A stretch of 64,000 nucleotides of DNA from Alphaproteobacteria bacterium. Lineage in GTDB: Bacteria; Pseudomonadota; Alphaproteobacteria; SP197. Both the position numbers and the translations under genes were made by a program. The DNA is taken from contig OZ219747.1 in NCBI GenBank assembly GCA_964291265.2, positions 3,744,001-3,808,000 of the forward strand, in the 5' to 3' direction. Of this stretch, positions 53,918 to 64,000 are shown piece after piece. Each line of letters opens with the position of its first letter. Positions within the stretch are counted from its first letter, which is position 1. The notes under the pieces are model-generated. The model was given only the letters and a program-made list of their open reading frames with translations. It ran no database searches and was not told where the DNA came from.

Positions 53918-54269
53918 CACCGGCCACGTGCACGGTGACGACATCGTGGCCATCGACAACAGGCAAGGCTTCAGGACCGTCAGTCCCGCCAGATGGCGTT
54001 CGGCCGCGTCGATGCGGGACAGGCGCATGTTCCGGGTCTCCTCGTCCGGGACATGGGATATCGGTCCGGCCTTGCCATTGAACACCCACAGGAACGTCAG
54101 AACCATTGTGTTGTCGGGCCTGGAGTGCTGATGTAACAGGGACCGGGCATGCTTGAAGCACCCGGGTTCACTACGTGCCGGTTTCATGGCCACTGCTGGT
54201 TCCTGTCGCGCCATCCGGCGGCGCGTTCCCGGTGTATCGAACGGGATCAGGAGCGACGGTTCATCCGCC

Positions 54270-54406
54270 AGGCGGCCCACGCCGCTCCAGAAATGGTCCT
54301 GAACCACCTCGGCATGCGCCTGTAGAGTTCCCAGTAGCGACACACCCGATTCTCTCAAACGTCAATACATTGTTAACGATACGTCTGATCGGTGCTGGAA
54401 CTTCGG
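54270..54406 (+). mobile_element. IS1634 right-end remnant
   Basis: Homologous to 15070-15203, ending CTGGAACTTCGG. Confidence 0.8.
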
Positions 54407-54499
54407 CCTTGGGCGCGGGCGGCGTCATACCGGTTGGCCTCGGGCATGTCGACAGTCTGCTCTGACCTTCCCGCACGGGATTGTGTGCGACGCTCCTAA

Positions 54500-54730
54500 C
54501 ATGTGATTGGTTCGCAGGTGCATGGAAACCTGCTGTCCTTTCCATCGAGAAACTCCGATGGCTCTTCCCTGTCCGAGGTCGAGATCCGCTTGGCCGGAGA
54601 AACGTCCGCTCCGGGACGCGCTGGTGGACAAGCACCACGATCTCGGCTTCCACCGGTCGGCGGGCCCGCGGCCTGCGCCACAATACGATCTTCAAGGGTC
54701 GCTGGCGGAGCCAGTCGGCGTGACAGATGC
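54500..54730 (+). pseudogene. degenerate DUF4338(-ISAs1) 5' fragment
   Basis: SLSEVEIRLA..EKRPLRDALVDKHHDLGF..GLRH..FKGRW across frameshifts; homologous to 59200-59400. Confidence 0.65.
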
Positions 54731-54860
54731 CCGGTATGGCGGTCGAACATCGCAATCTCGCGCAGACAATGCTCTCGCGTGACAGGTGACAGCCCCTTCA
54801 CTTTCATCACATCGACCGTCTTCCGGCGAAGAGGGAAGATTTCCTTGTTTGGACGAAGGG
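54725..54860 (-). pseudogene. integrase N-terminal (SAM-like) fragment
   Basis: PLRRKTVDVMKVKGLSPVTREHCLREI resembles the PLRQRMIEDM..GLSP.T motif. Confidence 0.4.
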
Positions 54861-55001
54861 CCGCTTCGCGGCCAGGGAGCTTCGTGAAGAGGCGTGTGGC
54901 GGCTGGAGCCGGTCGGGCGCGGCGATTCGGTCGTCCCGCCCCGAGCGTTTCGCCGGGTGTGGTTGTCGTCACGGTCTTCATCCACCGGCGGACCGGCGGT
55001 A

Positions 55002-55996
55002 TCAGTCGTGGCGCAGGTTCTTCAAACGCCTGTAGGGTCGACTCCCCTTCAATGCGTCGTTCTCTTCAATCATGTTCCACGGAGTCCAGCCATCCAAGGT
55101 CCGAGCCTTGTGACTTGCTCCCCGGTCGAGCAGCAGCCCGACCACTTTCGGATTGCTGCTCATTGCCGCCGCCACGTGAAGCGGAGTCAAGTCATGCTTG
55201 CTGCGCGCTTCCAGGTCCGCGCCCCGGTCGAGCAACAGCCCGACCACTTCCGGATTGTCGTGTGCCACCACCGCCCTGTGAAGCGGGGTACTGCCATCCA
55301 TGTCGCGCGCTTCCAGGTCCGCGCCCCGATCGAGCAACAGCCCGACCACGTCCGGGTTGCTGCTTACTTCGGCCGCCGCGTGAAGCGGGGTCAGGCCATG
55401 CTCGTCGCGCGCTTCCAGGTCCGCGCTCCGGTCGAGCAACACCCCGACCACTTCCGGATAGCTGCTCATTGCCGCCGCCATGTGCAGCGGAGTCGCGCCA
55501 CGCTCGGCGCGCGATTCCATGTCTGCGCCCCGGTCGAGCAATAGCCCGACCACGTCCGGGTCGCTGCTTGCTACCGCCGCTACGTGAAGCGGAGTCGCGC
55601 CACGCTCGTCACGCGCTTCCAGGTCTGCTCCCCGGTCGAGCAACAGCCCGACCACGTCCGGGTCGCTGCTTGCTGCCGCCGCCACGTGCAGCGGAGTCGC
55701 GCCAAACTCGCTGAGCGCTTCCAGGTCCGCGCCGTAATCGAGCAACATTCCGACCACTTCCGGATCGTCGTCTGCTGCCGCCATGTGAAGCGATGTCAGG
55801 CCATCCATGTCGCGCACCTCCAGATTTGCGCCCTAGTCGAGCAACAGCCCGACCACTTCCGGGTTGCTGCTTGCCGCCGCCGCCACGTGCAGCGGAGTCG
55901 CGCCAAGCTCCGCGCACACTTTCAAGTCAGCGCCTGCGTCGAGACAACGGGCTACATCAACCAACGTGGTCCGGTCAAATGGTCCGGTCGTGAAAT
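55002..55996 (-). pseudogene. ankyrin repeat protein (about 9 repeats), in-frame TAG at 55833-55835, 5' end truncated
   Basis: Repeated TPLHVAAA..SNP.VVGLLLDRGADLEARD units of about 102 bp; upstream VARCLDAGADL. Confidence 0.88.
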
Positions 55997-56055
55997 CAGG
56001 ACTTTCCCGTTGTCGTCCCGGCGCTCGGCGCAGGCTGATTTTGCCGGTGCAGGCA
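55997..56055 (+). mobile_element. ISAs1 left-end remnant
   Basis: CAGGACTTTCCCGTTGTCGTCCCGGCGCTCGGCGCAGGCTGAT matches 23591-23640. Confidence 0.7.
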
Positions 56056-56094
56056 TGTGCGTCGATGTCGTGCAAGGAATCTTGAAACATCTTC

Positions 56095-56375
56095 ACTCCA
56101 CCCAACCGGCGGAGAGCGCCTCCGCCTGTTCGAGCACCTGAGCGGGTTGCCTTTTCCTGCTTGCCGGGAGGATAGTCGTGCTGGAGCAGGACGCGCTCAA
56201 CCGTCGGCGCAGTTCGACGCGGACATTCTCGCGCAGTGTCCAGTCGATGGCGACGTTGCCACGCACTGTCACGACGAGTTCACGGCGCTATGCGCGTCTC
56301 GTCGCCCATCACCCGGACGGCGCTGTCATGGGTCTCCAGCGCGTCGTGGAAGGCGAGCTCGTCCTCCGACAGTCC
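56095..56375 (-). pseudogene. hsdR: type I restriction HsdR extreme C-terminal fragment (DUF3387-like)
   Basis: [26 protein letters not shown]; VRGNVAIDWTLRENVR..YPP..QEKA..VLEQAE. Confidence 0.75.
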
Positions 56376-56379
56376 CGAT

Positions 56380-56769
56380 CGAACCGTCGAAGACATGGAA
56401 CATGCGCAGACCGGCAAGGCCACGATCGCTCCGGAATCGGTAGAAGGAAAAGCGCCGGAAGACCTCGTCTGCGACATCCTCGAACAGGATGGCTTCGGTC
56501 TCGACAGGCAAGATTCCGTCAATCGTGGAGCGTGACGCCAGAAGGGATGTTGCCTTGTCCCGGTCGCACGCCAGGGTCATGGCTCCGACGTCGCCTATGG
56601 AATGCCAGATCCTCTTGCCGTCGACCTGGCTGTGAAGGAAGTATCGCTCGCGGTCTGACGGCAGGACACAGCCGCCAAAGCCCCGGATGACTGGATCGCG
56701 AATGTCACGGGTCTTTCGGGTTGGTTTGAGGGAATCGACCCATTGTTGCGTGAGACGTTTCTTCGGCAT
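56380..56769 (-). pseudogene. integrase arm-DNA-binding domain fragment
   Basis: MPKKRLTQQWVDSLKP..DIRDPVIRGFG..VLPS..DGKRIW..IG..MTL. Confidence 0.7.
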
Positions 56770-57189
56770 GGCATTCTCTCCGGTTCCTGTCGCACCGGGG
56801 TTACGGAAACGACATGAATCCGCTTCCCCGATTGCAAGTCGTGAGAGATAATACTTTTTTCAGTGAGTTACAGTTCGCTCAGCACCATAAGTGCGCCCAT
56901 GGCGTTCCACCTCACGCAGGCCGGATGACGACGGCCGACCACCGGGTCGACGCGTCCGCCAGGACTTTCCTACGCTACGGCTGATTTTTCGGGAAGCCGA
57001 TGAATCGCGCCCGAATCGGCCATCTGATCTTTCGCGAGGCCGACGAATCGAGGCCGAATCGGGATGTCACTGGGCGGATTCCGTGGCTTCAGTGCCGCCC
57101 GCACAGCGACACTGGCAGCGTTTTCGGCCCGGATGCTTGGTTCTCGATGTTCTGGCAGCGTTCCGGGATCCCCGGACGTTCAAGGCGTC

Positions 57190-59407
57190 TCAGGGCCGGG
57201 TCAGGGCGTTGATGGCCTCGCGGCGGTCCAGTTGTAGGCGACGCCGGGTTTCGGCGAGGCTTTCGGTCTCGCGGCGGTTGGCGAAGATCACCGCGAGCGC
57301 GATGTTGTTGAGGCTGGCCCGGTTCGCCGGGCCGTTGTCGGTGCGGGTCAGGCAGGCGTCTTCGCCGAAGACGCAATCCCTTTGTCGATGGTTCAGATTT
57401 TCCACGGCCCAGTGGCGGCGGTTCAGTCGCAGCAACTCTTCCGGCGACGTGGCCCCCGTATCGAGAGAGGTGATGATGTAATCGGTTTCCGTGTAATCCT
57501 TCTCTTCTTGCTTCCCGGCATCGCCGGAGCCTTTCTTCCCGGCATCGCCGGGGCCTTCCTTCCCGGCATCGCCGGGGCCTTCCTTCCCGGCATCGCCGGA
57601 GCCTTTCTTCCCGGCATCGCCGGGGCCTTCCTTCCCGGCATCGCCGGGGCCTTCCTTCCCGGCATCGCCGGAGCCTTTCTTCCCGGCATCGCCGGAGCCT
57701 TCCTTCCCGGCATCGCCGGAGCCTTCCTTCCCGGCATCGCCGGAGCCTTCCTTCCCGGCATCGCCGGGGCCTTCCTTCCCGGCATCGCCGGAGCCTTCCT
57801 TCCCGGCATCGCCGGAGCCTTCCTTCCCGGCATCGCCGGGGCCTTCCTTCCCGGCATCGCCGGAGCCTTCCTTCCCGGCATCGCCGGAGCCTTCCTTCCC
57901 GGCATCGCCGGAGCCTTTCTTCCACGGCTCCCGATAGCGGGTGATGCGGGCGACCTGACGGACGCCCGGATAGTTGATCAGACCGTCCAACGGGACGAGG
58001 ACGCTGATCGAACGCTGCTCCAGTCGACCGTGCGCCTTGTCGAACGGCTCCGTGAAGTGGCCGGTAGCGTCTTTTTGCCAATTGATGCTGTCGAGGATGG
58101 CGAAGGTCTCCGGAGCGTTGCCCTTGACGACGAAGACGTAATCCGCGCGTTGTGTGATCAGCTTCGCGGTATGGCGTGTCGTGTGCAGCGCGTCGAGGGT
58201 GATCACCTTGCCGCCGATGTCGCTGCGCTCCAGGAGATCGTGCATGGCCGCCAGTTCGCCGCCTTCGTCGTTGAAGTTCAGGAGGGAAAAGGGCGCGCCG
58301 GTCTCATGGTCGACAAGGGCCACGGTCTCTCAGACGGCCATCGCCGTTGCGGTTGGCGCCGCGGATGCGCTTGCCGTCGGCGGCGAGTGCACGGGCGAGG
58401 TGAAGCCGAGGCCGGGACCAGCGGGTGTGTGTGAGCACATCCTCCAGAGCCTCGGGGTCGATCGACTGGATAACCCGGTGGATGGTGGACTTGGAGACGG
58501 GCTCGCGAAGCCCCGTCTTCGGGTTAAGCCACGCGCCGATGGCCTCCAACTCCTCCTGGGACAGGGACCGCGCGAACTGCGCGGCGGCGACACAGCCCTT
58601 CATGTTGGCGAACTCGGCGAGCACGTGCACGGTGAGCACCGATGCCGCGGTATGCTTCCTTCCCTGCGCCCGGCGGAAGTCGGGAATGGCCGCAAGCTCG
58701 GCGTAGAGCGAGCGCAGCACCTTGGGGTCCCGGGGCGCCAGTTCGGGGCATGAGGGCGGCGCCACGTCGGGGGGAAGCGGCAGTGGGCTCGACAGCAGCG
58801 CCCGGGCATCGCGCCTCAGTGCCGTAACGTAGATATCCTTGGGCTTGCCGTGGGGATCGGTATAGCGCCCGTTGGAGCGGGCAAACCCCTTGGTCTCACC
58901 CAGACACGTCCAGCCCGCAGCCTTCAACATCGTGCCGGCAAAGATCTCCGGATCGCAGAACGTCTCCGCCAGCAGCACCCCGTGGCCGTGCACCTGCAGC
59001 CAATCGTCACAGAGCCGGCGCGTCATGCACGCAAGGAAACAGGAAGCAAGGTTCGCAAACACCCCGGGCTTGGAGAGGATCAAGAACCGCGTGTTGTTGG
59101 CTACCATCGAGAGCCGCTGGAACTGCTGCTCCGGCTTCCAGCCGGTCCACTGGTCGCGGGGAGCGCACTTGAAGGCGCCGTTCTGCCACGCCGCCAGCCC
59201 CAGCCAATGGCCCCTGAAGGTCGCAAGGTAGCGCAGACCGCGACCCGCCAGGCGACGGAAGCCGAGATAGTGGTGCTTGTTCATCAGCGCGTCCCACAGC
59301 GGACGCTCCTCCGGCCTCGCCAGGCGAACATCGACCTCAGACAGGGAAAAACCCTCAGGTGCTTCCTGATGGATCGGGACAGCTTCCATGAGCTTGCGAA
59401 TCGACAT
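57190..59407 (-). pseudogene. DUF4338-ISAs1 fusion transposase, frameshift near 58330, with an in-frame repeat expansion
   Basis: HHYLGF..RDQWTGW..NNTRFLI..NLAS..ETFCD; AADGKRIRG; ITLDALH, VKGN, AHGRLE, HWAVENLNH. Confidence 0.85.
57511..57922. repeat. 24-bp tandem repeat, about 17 copies (CTTCCCGGCATCGCCGG[A/G]GCCTT[C/T])
   Basis: Translates as (GDAGKEG[S/P])17 in the transposase frame. Confidence 0.95.
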
Positions 59408-59597
59408 GACCGGACCGTCGCACATCCCAAGCGGGATGGCCAGCGGAAAATGTCCGCGCGCGTGCAACATACGAACGCCTGACGTCAAGTGAAATCAAGC
59501 GAATTCCAGCGTGGGAAGGCCTTGCGCGTCCGCTGTCGAAACCTGACTGGAGGGGTCGAACGGGATAAGGTATGCCTGAATCGTGGGGACACGTGAC

Positions 59598-60380
59598 ATG
59601 ACGGACAACCTTCCGGAGAGTGTTCTGGTCGAGCGGCAGGGGTTCATTGCCACCGTCACCATCAATCGTCCCGAGAAACTCAATGCCATCGACACGGTCA
59701 CGGCCCGCGGGCTCTCGGATGCCTTCGACATGCTGTCGGTGGATGACACCCTGCGCGTCGTGGTGCTGCGCGGCACCGGCGATCGCGCCTTCGGGGTGGG
59801 CGCCGACATCAGTGAATTCTCCGAACGGCGCGACAGTCCCGAACAGGCGGTCGAGTACGAGGCCGCCTGGGGTCAGGGGCTGGCGAATTGCCGGCATCCC
59901 GTCATTGCCATGATCAGGGGCTACTGCATCGGCGGCAGTCTCGGTCTCCTCCCCGACACGGACCTGCGCATTGCCGGTGAAAGTGCCCGCTTCGCCATTC
60001 CCGCCGGGCGGCTCGGCATCACCTACGGGCACGACGACATCGACAAGCTCAAGCGCCTGATCAGTCATGCCCATGCCCTCGAGATCCTCCTGGAAGCCTC
60101 GCAGTTCACGGCGGCGCGCGCACTCGACATCGGCCTCGTCAGCCGTGTCGTCGCCGACGATGAGGTGGAGGAGGAGACCTACGCCTGCGCCGAACGCATA
60201 GCCGCGAATGCGCCGCTCTCGGCACGCTGGCACAAGAAATTTGCCCGCCGCCTGCTCGATCCGGCGCCCCTGACCGACGAGGAACGTCGGGAGACCATGG
60301 CCTGCTTTGCCACCCAGGACTACGCCATCGGCCGGGCGGCCTTTGCCGTGCGCAAGGAACCGCGGTTCAGGGGACGTTGA
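59598..60380 (+). CDS. enoyl-CoA hydratase/isomerase family protein
   Basis: TINRPEKLNA, GDRAFGVGADI, IAMIRGYCIGG, DLRIA, KEPRFRG. Confidence 0.9.
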   Translation: MTDNLPESVLVERQGFIATVTINRPEKLNAIDTVTARGLSDAFDMLSVDDTLRVVVLRGTGDRAFGVGADISEFSERRDSPEQAVEYEAAWGQGLANCRHPVIAMIRGYCIGGSLGLLPDTDLRIAGESARFAIPAGRLGITYGHDDIDKLKRLISHAHALEILLEASQFTAARALDIGLVSRVVADDEVEEETYACAERIAANAPLSARWHKKFARRLLDPAPLTDEERRETMACFATQDYAIGRAAFAVRKEPRFRGR

Positions 60381-61591
60381 CCATGGACACAGGCTATGGA
60401 CCCCTCAACGGCATCCGTGTCATCGACTTCACCCATGTCATGGCCGGTCCGACCTGCACGCTGATGCTCGCCGACATGGGAGCTGACGTCATCAAGATCG
60501 AACGCGTCCCCTTCGAAGAGGACCCGTCCCACAATGCCGACGACCCCTACTGGATCAACGGCGTGTCGGCGTCCTACATGATCGTCAACCGCAACAAGCG
60601 GGGCCTTCCTCTCGACCTCAAGCGCAGGGAGGCCGTCGACATCGCAAGGCGCCTCATCGCGTCCGCGGACATCATCGTCGAAAACTTCCGTCCCGGCGTG
60701 CTCGACCGCCTCGGCCTCGGCTACGAGGATTCCCGTGCGGTCAATCCCGCCATCATATACGGGGCGGTGAGCGGTTTCGGCAGGACCGGACCCTACGGGA
60801 AGCGTCCCGGCTACGATCTCATGGCCCAGGCCATGTCCGGAATCATGAGCGTGACCGGAGAGGCGCCCGGGCGCCCTCCCGTCAAGCCCGGTGTGCCGAT
60901 GACCGACATCACCGCCGGCATCCTGCTCGCCATGGGCCTGTGCGCAGCCCTGCGCCATCGCGACGCAACGGGCGAAGGCCAGATGGTCGACACTTCCCTC
61001 TTCGAAGCCGGTATTGTCCAGACCTACTGGCACTCAGCCATTGCCTTTGCCACGGGCGAGGCGCCTCAACCCCTGGGGTCCGGGCATCCCCTTGTGGCCC
61101 CCTATCAGGCCATTCGCACCAAGGACGGCCACATCACGATCAGTGCCGGAGGCTGGATGTGGCCGAAGCTCTGCGAACTGGTGGATCCTGCCCTCGAAAA
61201 CGATCCCCGATTCGACACCAATGCCAAACGCATGACCAACGTTGCCGAACTCGCAACAGTGCTTGACGAGCGCATGTCGGTGAAGACGACGGATGAGTGG
61301 ATCGCCGAACTCGAGGCGGCCGGCATGCCCAGCGGCCCCATCAACACCATCCCAGGAATGCACCGAGATCCCCAAGCACTGGACCGCAAGATGGTGGTGG
61401 CGCAGCACCACCCCGTGGCCGGGGAGGTGCAGACCCTCGGTCTGCCCGTCAAGTTTTCCCAGACTCCAGGCGGCCCGGCACGGCCGGCCACGGTCTATGG
61501 TCAGTACACCCGGGAGATTCTCGCGGAACTGGGCTACAGCAAGAGCGATATCACCCGGCTCACTCAGTCGGGCGTCACGGCCGACGGCTGA
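60377..61591 (+). CDS. CaiB/BaiF family III CoA-transferase
   Basis: PLNGIRVIDF..AGP..LADMGADVIKIE, NRNKR, ENFRPG, GYD..AQA.SG. Confidence 0.92.
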   Translation: MTMDTGYGPLNGIRVIDFTHVMAGPTCTLMLADMGADVIKIERVPFEEDPSHNADDPYWINGVSASYMIVNRNKRGLPLDLKRREAVDIARRLIASADIIVENFRPGVLDRLGLGYEDSRAVNPAIIYGAVSGFGRTGPYGKRPGYDLMAQAMSGIMSVTGEAPGRPPVKPGVPMTDITAGILLAMGLCAALRHRDATGEGQMVDTSLFEAGIVQTYWHSAIAFATGEAPQPLGSGHPLVAPYQAIRTKDGHITISAGGWMWPKLCELVDPALENDPRFDTNAKRMTNVAELATVLDERMSVKTTDEWIAELEAAGMPSGPINTIPGMHRDPQALDRKMVVAQHHPVAGEVQTLGLPVKFSQTPGGPARPATVYGQYTREILAELGYSKSDITRLTQSGVTADG

Positions 61592-61599
61592 GCCTCGCT

Positions 61600-63077
61600 G
61601 GCGATGGCGCCGACCATGCGCACCGTGACCCGCAACGCATTACCCAAAAAGGTAGGCAAAAGGCAGATCCTCCATGTCGACGGTCTGCGGTGTCCGTGCC
61701 TCGGCGCCGCCGGCGACGGCACGCTCTTCGGTCAGGCACCGGGCACGGCGGAGAGCCTCGTCCCGCGCCAGGCCGGAGAACACCCGGCCGCACTCTCCCG
61801 ACACCTGGGCCATCACCGCACCTACCGTATTGGCGACAGCGCCCTGTTCGACGCGGATCACCTCGCCGGCGCCGGCGATGTCATCCGCCATAGGAAAGGC
61901 TCCTCCCCCGACGGCGATGACCGGCTCGTCGCCGGCACGAACCTTGTGATGCGGTCGATGGCGTCGGCGAGCATTGTCGAGGCGACGCCTGTCACCCAGG
62001 CCCAGCCGGTTTCCTACCATCCCGAAATCGCCGAGCGTCAGCTCGTCGCCGCCAAGGATGCTCAGCCCGCGGCTCACTCTCGTGACCCGCTCTGGCAGGT
62101 CCGATGGTGCCTGCCTCCTCGTCGACCAGCGCCTCCACCCAGGCCGATGAATTGAGATCGGACATGCGAAAGAGGGTCCTGGTGCCGAACAGCGTGACAG
62201 CATTGTTCGCTTCCCGCGGGAATTCCGCCCCAGCATGCCGACATTGCTCGTCGTGCCGCCGACATCGACGACGGTGCCGTGGTCAAGGCCGCTCAGAAGG
62301 GCCTGCTCCCCGCGTCGCATTGGCCGGACCGCACGCCATGTTGATGACAGGGAACCTTGCGGCTTTCCCGGCCAACAGCACCGTGCCGTCGTTCCTGGTG
62401 AGACAAGGCGGACATCGAGGCCTGCGTGTCCCAGGGCGCCCTCCACGGCCCTGGTGAACCGTTCCGCCACGGGGTGTCGCAGGCTGACATCGAGGATGGC
62501 GGCATTCTCGCGCGCCAGCAGACCGATCCTGCCAATATCGGTCGAGAGCGCGATACGGCAATCGGGAAGCGCTCTCCAGTGATGTTCCGGCGCGGTCCTC
62601 GCAGGACATGTTGAGAGGCGAGAAAACCGAGGCAATTCGCGACATTGCGGAACTCACTGTCGGCAATCCTCGCGGCAAAGACGGCAATCGTCTCCTCGTC
62701 GAGAGCGACAAGAAGCCTGCCGTCGACCTCGCATCCGTACCCGACACTACAGGATGGGCCGCCAACCCGTTACGCGGAATGGTCAGTCGACAAGGGGCGT
62801 GAAGATGCGACTGGCAGGAAGACCGATGCGCAGGCACGCCACGGGCTCCAGGTTGCGGCCCTCGACAATGGCGTTGGTGAAGCGAGTGGTTCCCACCATG
62901 ACCGCCTCGACCGGACCGGACGCGTCCCACTCCCTCGTCACGCCGACAAGGTCGCGTGAGATGCCCCGCCATGACATCGGTGGTGGTCGCGACCTCGACA
63001 CTCGACACCACCGTCGTGGCATCGACCAGCACGGTGTCGGTGTTGGCCCCCCCGACATCGACCCCAGTACGCCGCAC
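61600..63077 (-). pseudogene. hydantoinase/oxoprolinase family, multiply frameshifted
   Basis: GVDVGGANTD, VMVGTTRFTNA, VVDVGGTTSNVG and VIAVGGGAF spread over several frames. Confidence 0.8.
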
Positions 63078-63238
63078 GCCCGGTTTCCCCTGCTTCGCAA
63101 GGAGGCGCTGTCACTCATGGAGCCGGCGGCGGGCAAGGCCTTGTCGCGGCCCTGTCCTTGCGCCACACTTGCGTTCCGGACAATCGAGGGCAAGGTGATC
63201 CGTCACGACGGGACAACACTCTATGGGGAAGGAGCACC

Positions 63239-64000
63239 ATGACGACGGGCTCGGCTCTGGACAGGACCGAAACGATCGATGCCAGAACACCCGACATCAG
63301 CACCATCCCGGTCATCGACTTCGCGCCCTTCCGGAACGGCTCCGAGGACATGAAGCGTCGGGTGGCGGAAGTGATCGGTGAAGCCTGTCGTCACACGGGC
63401 TTTTTCTACATCATCAATCACGGCATTCCGGAGACCCGGATCGATTCACTGATCCATCAGGCTTTCCGTTTCTTCCATCAACCACTTGAAGAAAAGCTGA
63501 AGCTCGACATCGATCACGTGCAGCGCCATCGCGGCTATGTACCCCAGGGCGGTCTCTACGCCGATGTCAGCGCCGAACCGGATGTCCAGGAAGGCTACGA
63601 GGTCTCCCTGGAACTGCCCAGCGACGATCCAGACTACCTTGCCGGCAACATCATGCTCGGTCCCAATGTCTGGCCCGACAACCTGCCGGGCTTCCAGAAC
63701 GCTGTCTATGCCTACTACGAATCGATCCTCGGCCTCGCCCGGATGCTGCTGCGCACATTCGAGATGACGCTTGGCCTCGAGGAAGGCTGGTTCGACGACA
63801 AGACCGACAAGCCCATGGGACAGTTGCGGCTGATCTACTATCCGCCGCAGGACGGGCCGATCGACCCCCGACATATCGGTATCGGCGCCCACACCGACTA
63901 TGAGTGCTTCACGCTCCTCCTCCAGGACGAAGTCGGTGGCCTCCAGGTCGGCCACCGCAACGGCGAGTGGATCCAGGCGACACCAATCCCCGGGAGCATC
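63239..64000 (+). CDS. isopenicillin N synthase-like 2OG-Fe(II) oxygenase (3' partial)
   Basis: IPVIDF..ACRHTGFFYIINHGI..RGY..PNVWP..LRLIYYPP..GAHTDYECFTLLLQD..GGLQV; runs off the window end. Confidence 0.9.
   Translation, partial: MTTGSALDRTETIDARTPDISTIPVIDFAPFRNGSEDMKRRVAEVIGEACRHTGFFYIINHGIPETRIDSLIHQAFRFFHQPLEEKLKLDIDHVQRHRGYVPQGGLYADVSAEPDVQEGYEVSLELPSDDPDYLAGNIMLGPNVWPDNLPGFQNAVYAYYESILGLARMLLRTFEMTLGLEEGWFDDKTDKPMGQLRLIYYPPQDGPIDPRHIGIGAHTDYECFTLLLQDEVGGLQVGHRNGEWIQATPIPGSI

Larger units (their letters stand above)
56960..59524 (-). mobile_element. ISAs1-family element (DUF4338-fused)
   Basis: Ends CAGGACTTTCC / CAAGGCCTTCC; 9-bp TSD CGCGTCCGC (56951-56959, 59525-59533). Confidence 0.85.

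Noticed and set aside
57511-57922. CRISPR array
   Set aside because: Contiguous 24-bp units with no unique spacers

Overview
This is a GC-rich window, probably alphaproteobacterial (valS-popZ-like-tolC-pcm-tRNA-Cys synteny). It has three parts. (1) About 1.2-34.8 kb is a decaying mobile/defence island: TA modules, two tandem tyrosine integrases, a DUF3644 gene, broken MmeI-like and type I RM genes, and deeply nested IS elements (ISKra4, IS4, IS3, IS1634 plus its MITE, IS66, ISAs1), many with readable IRs and target duplications. (2) About 34.9-53.9 kb and 59.6-64 kb are core or metabolic genes (valS, tolC, pcm, moaA, peptide ABC transporter, soxBDAG, CoA enzymes). (3) About 53.9-59.5 kb is a second relic hotspot with an ankyrin gene and an ISAs1. 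The main discovery is at 25211-28762, antisense inside an ISAs1 transposase: four 888-nt ORF-less group II introns arranged as two head-to-tail twintrons. The two intron variants share a scaffold but carry different EBS1/EBS2 guides. One matches the transposase target. The other matches the DV-DVI junction of its sister intron, and its own copy of that site carries a mismatch. A second theme is a DUF4338/DruA-like domain associated with three unrelated transposase families (IS4, ISAs1, IS66). All family assignments are from motif recognition by eye; no database searches were run.
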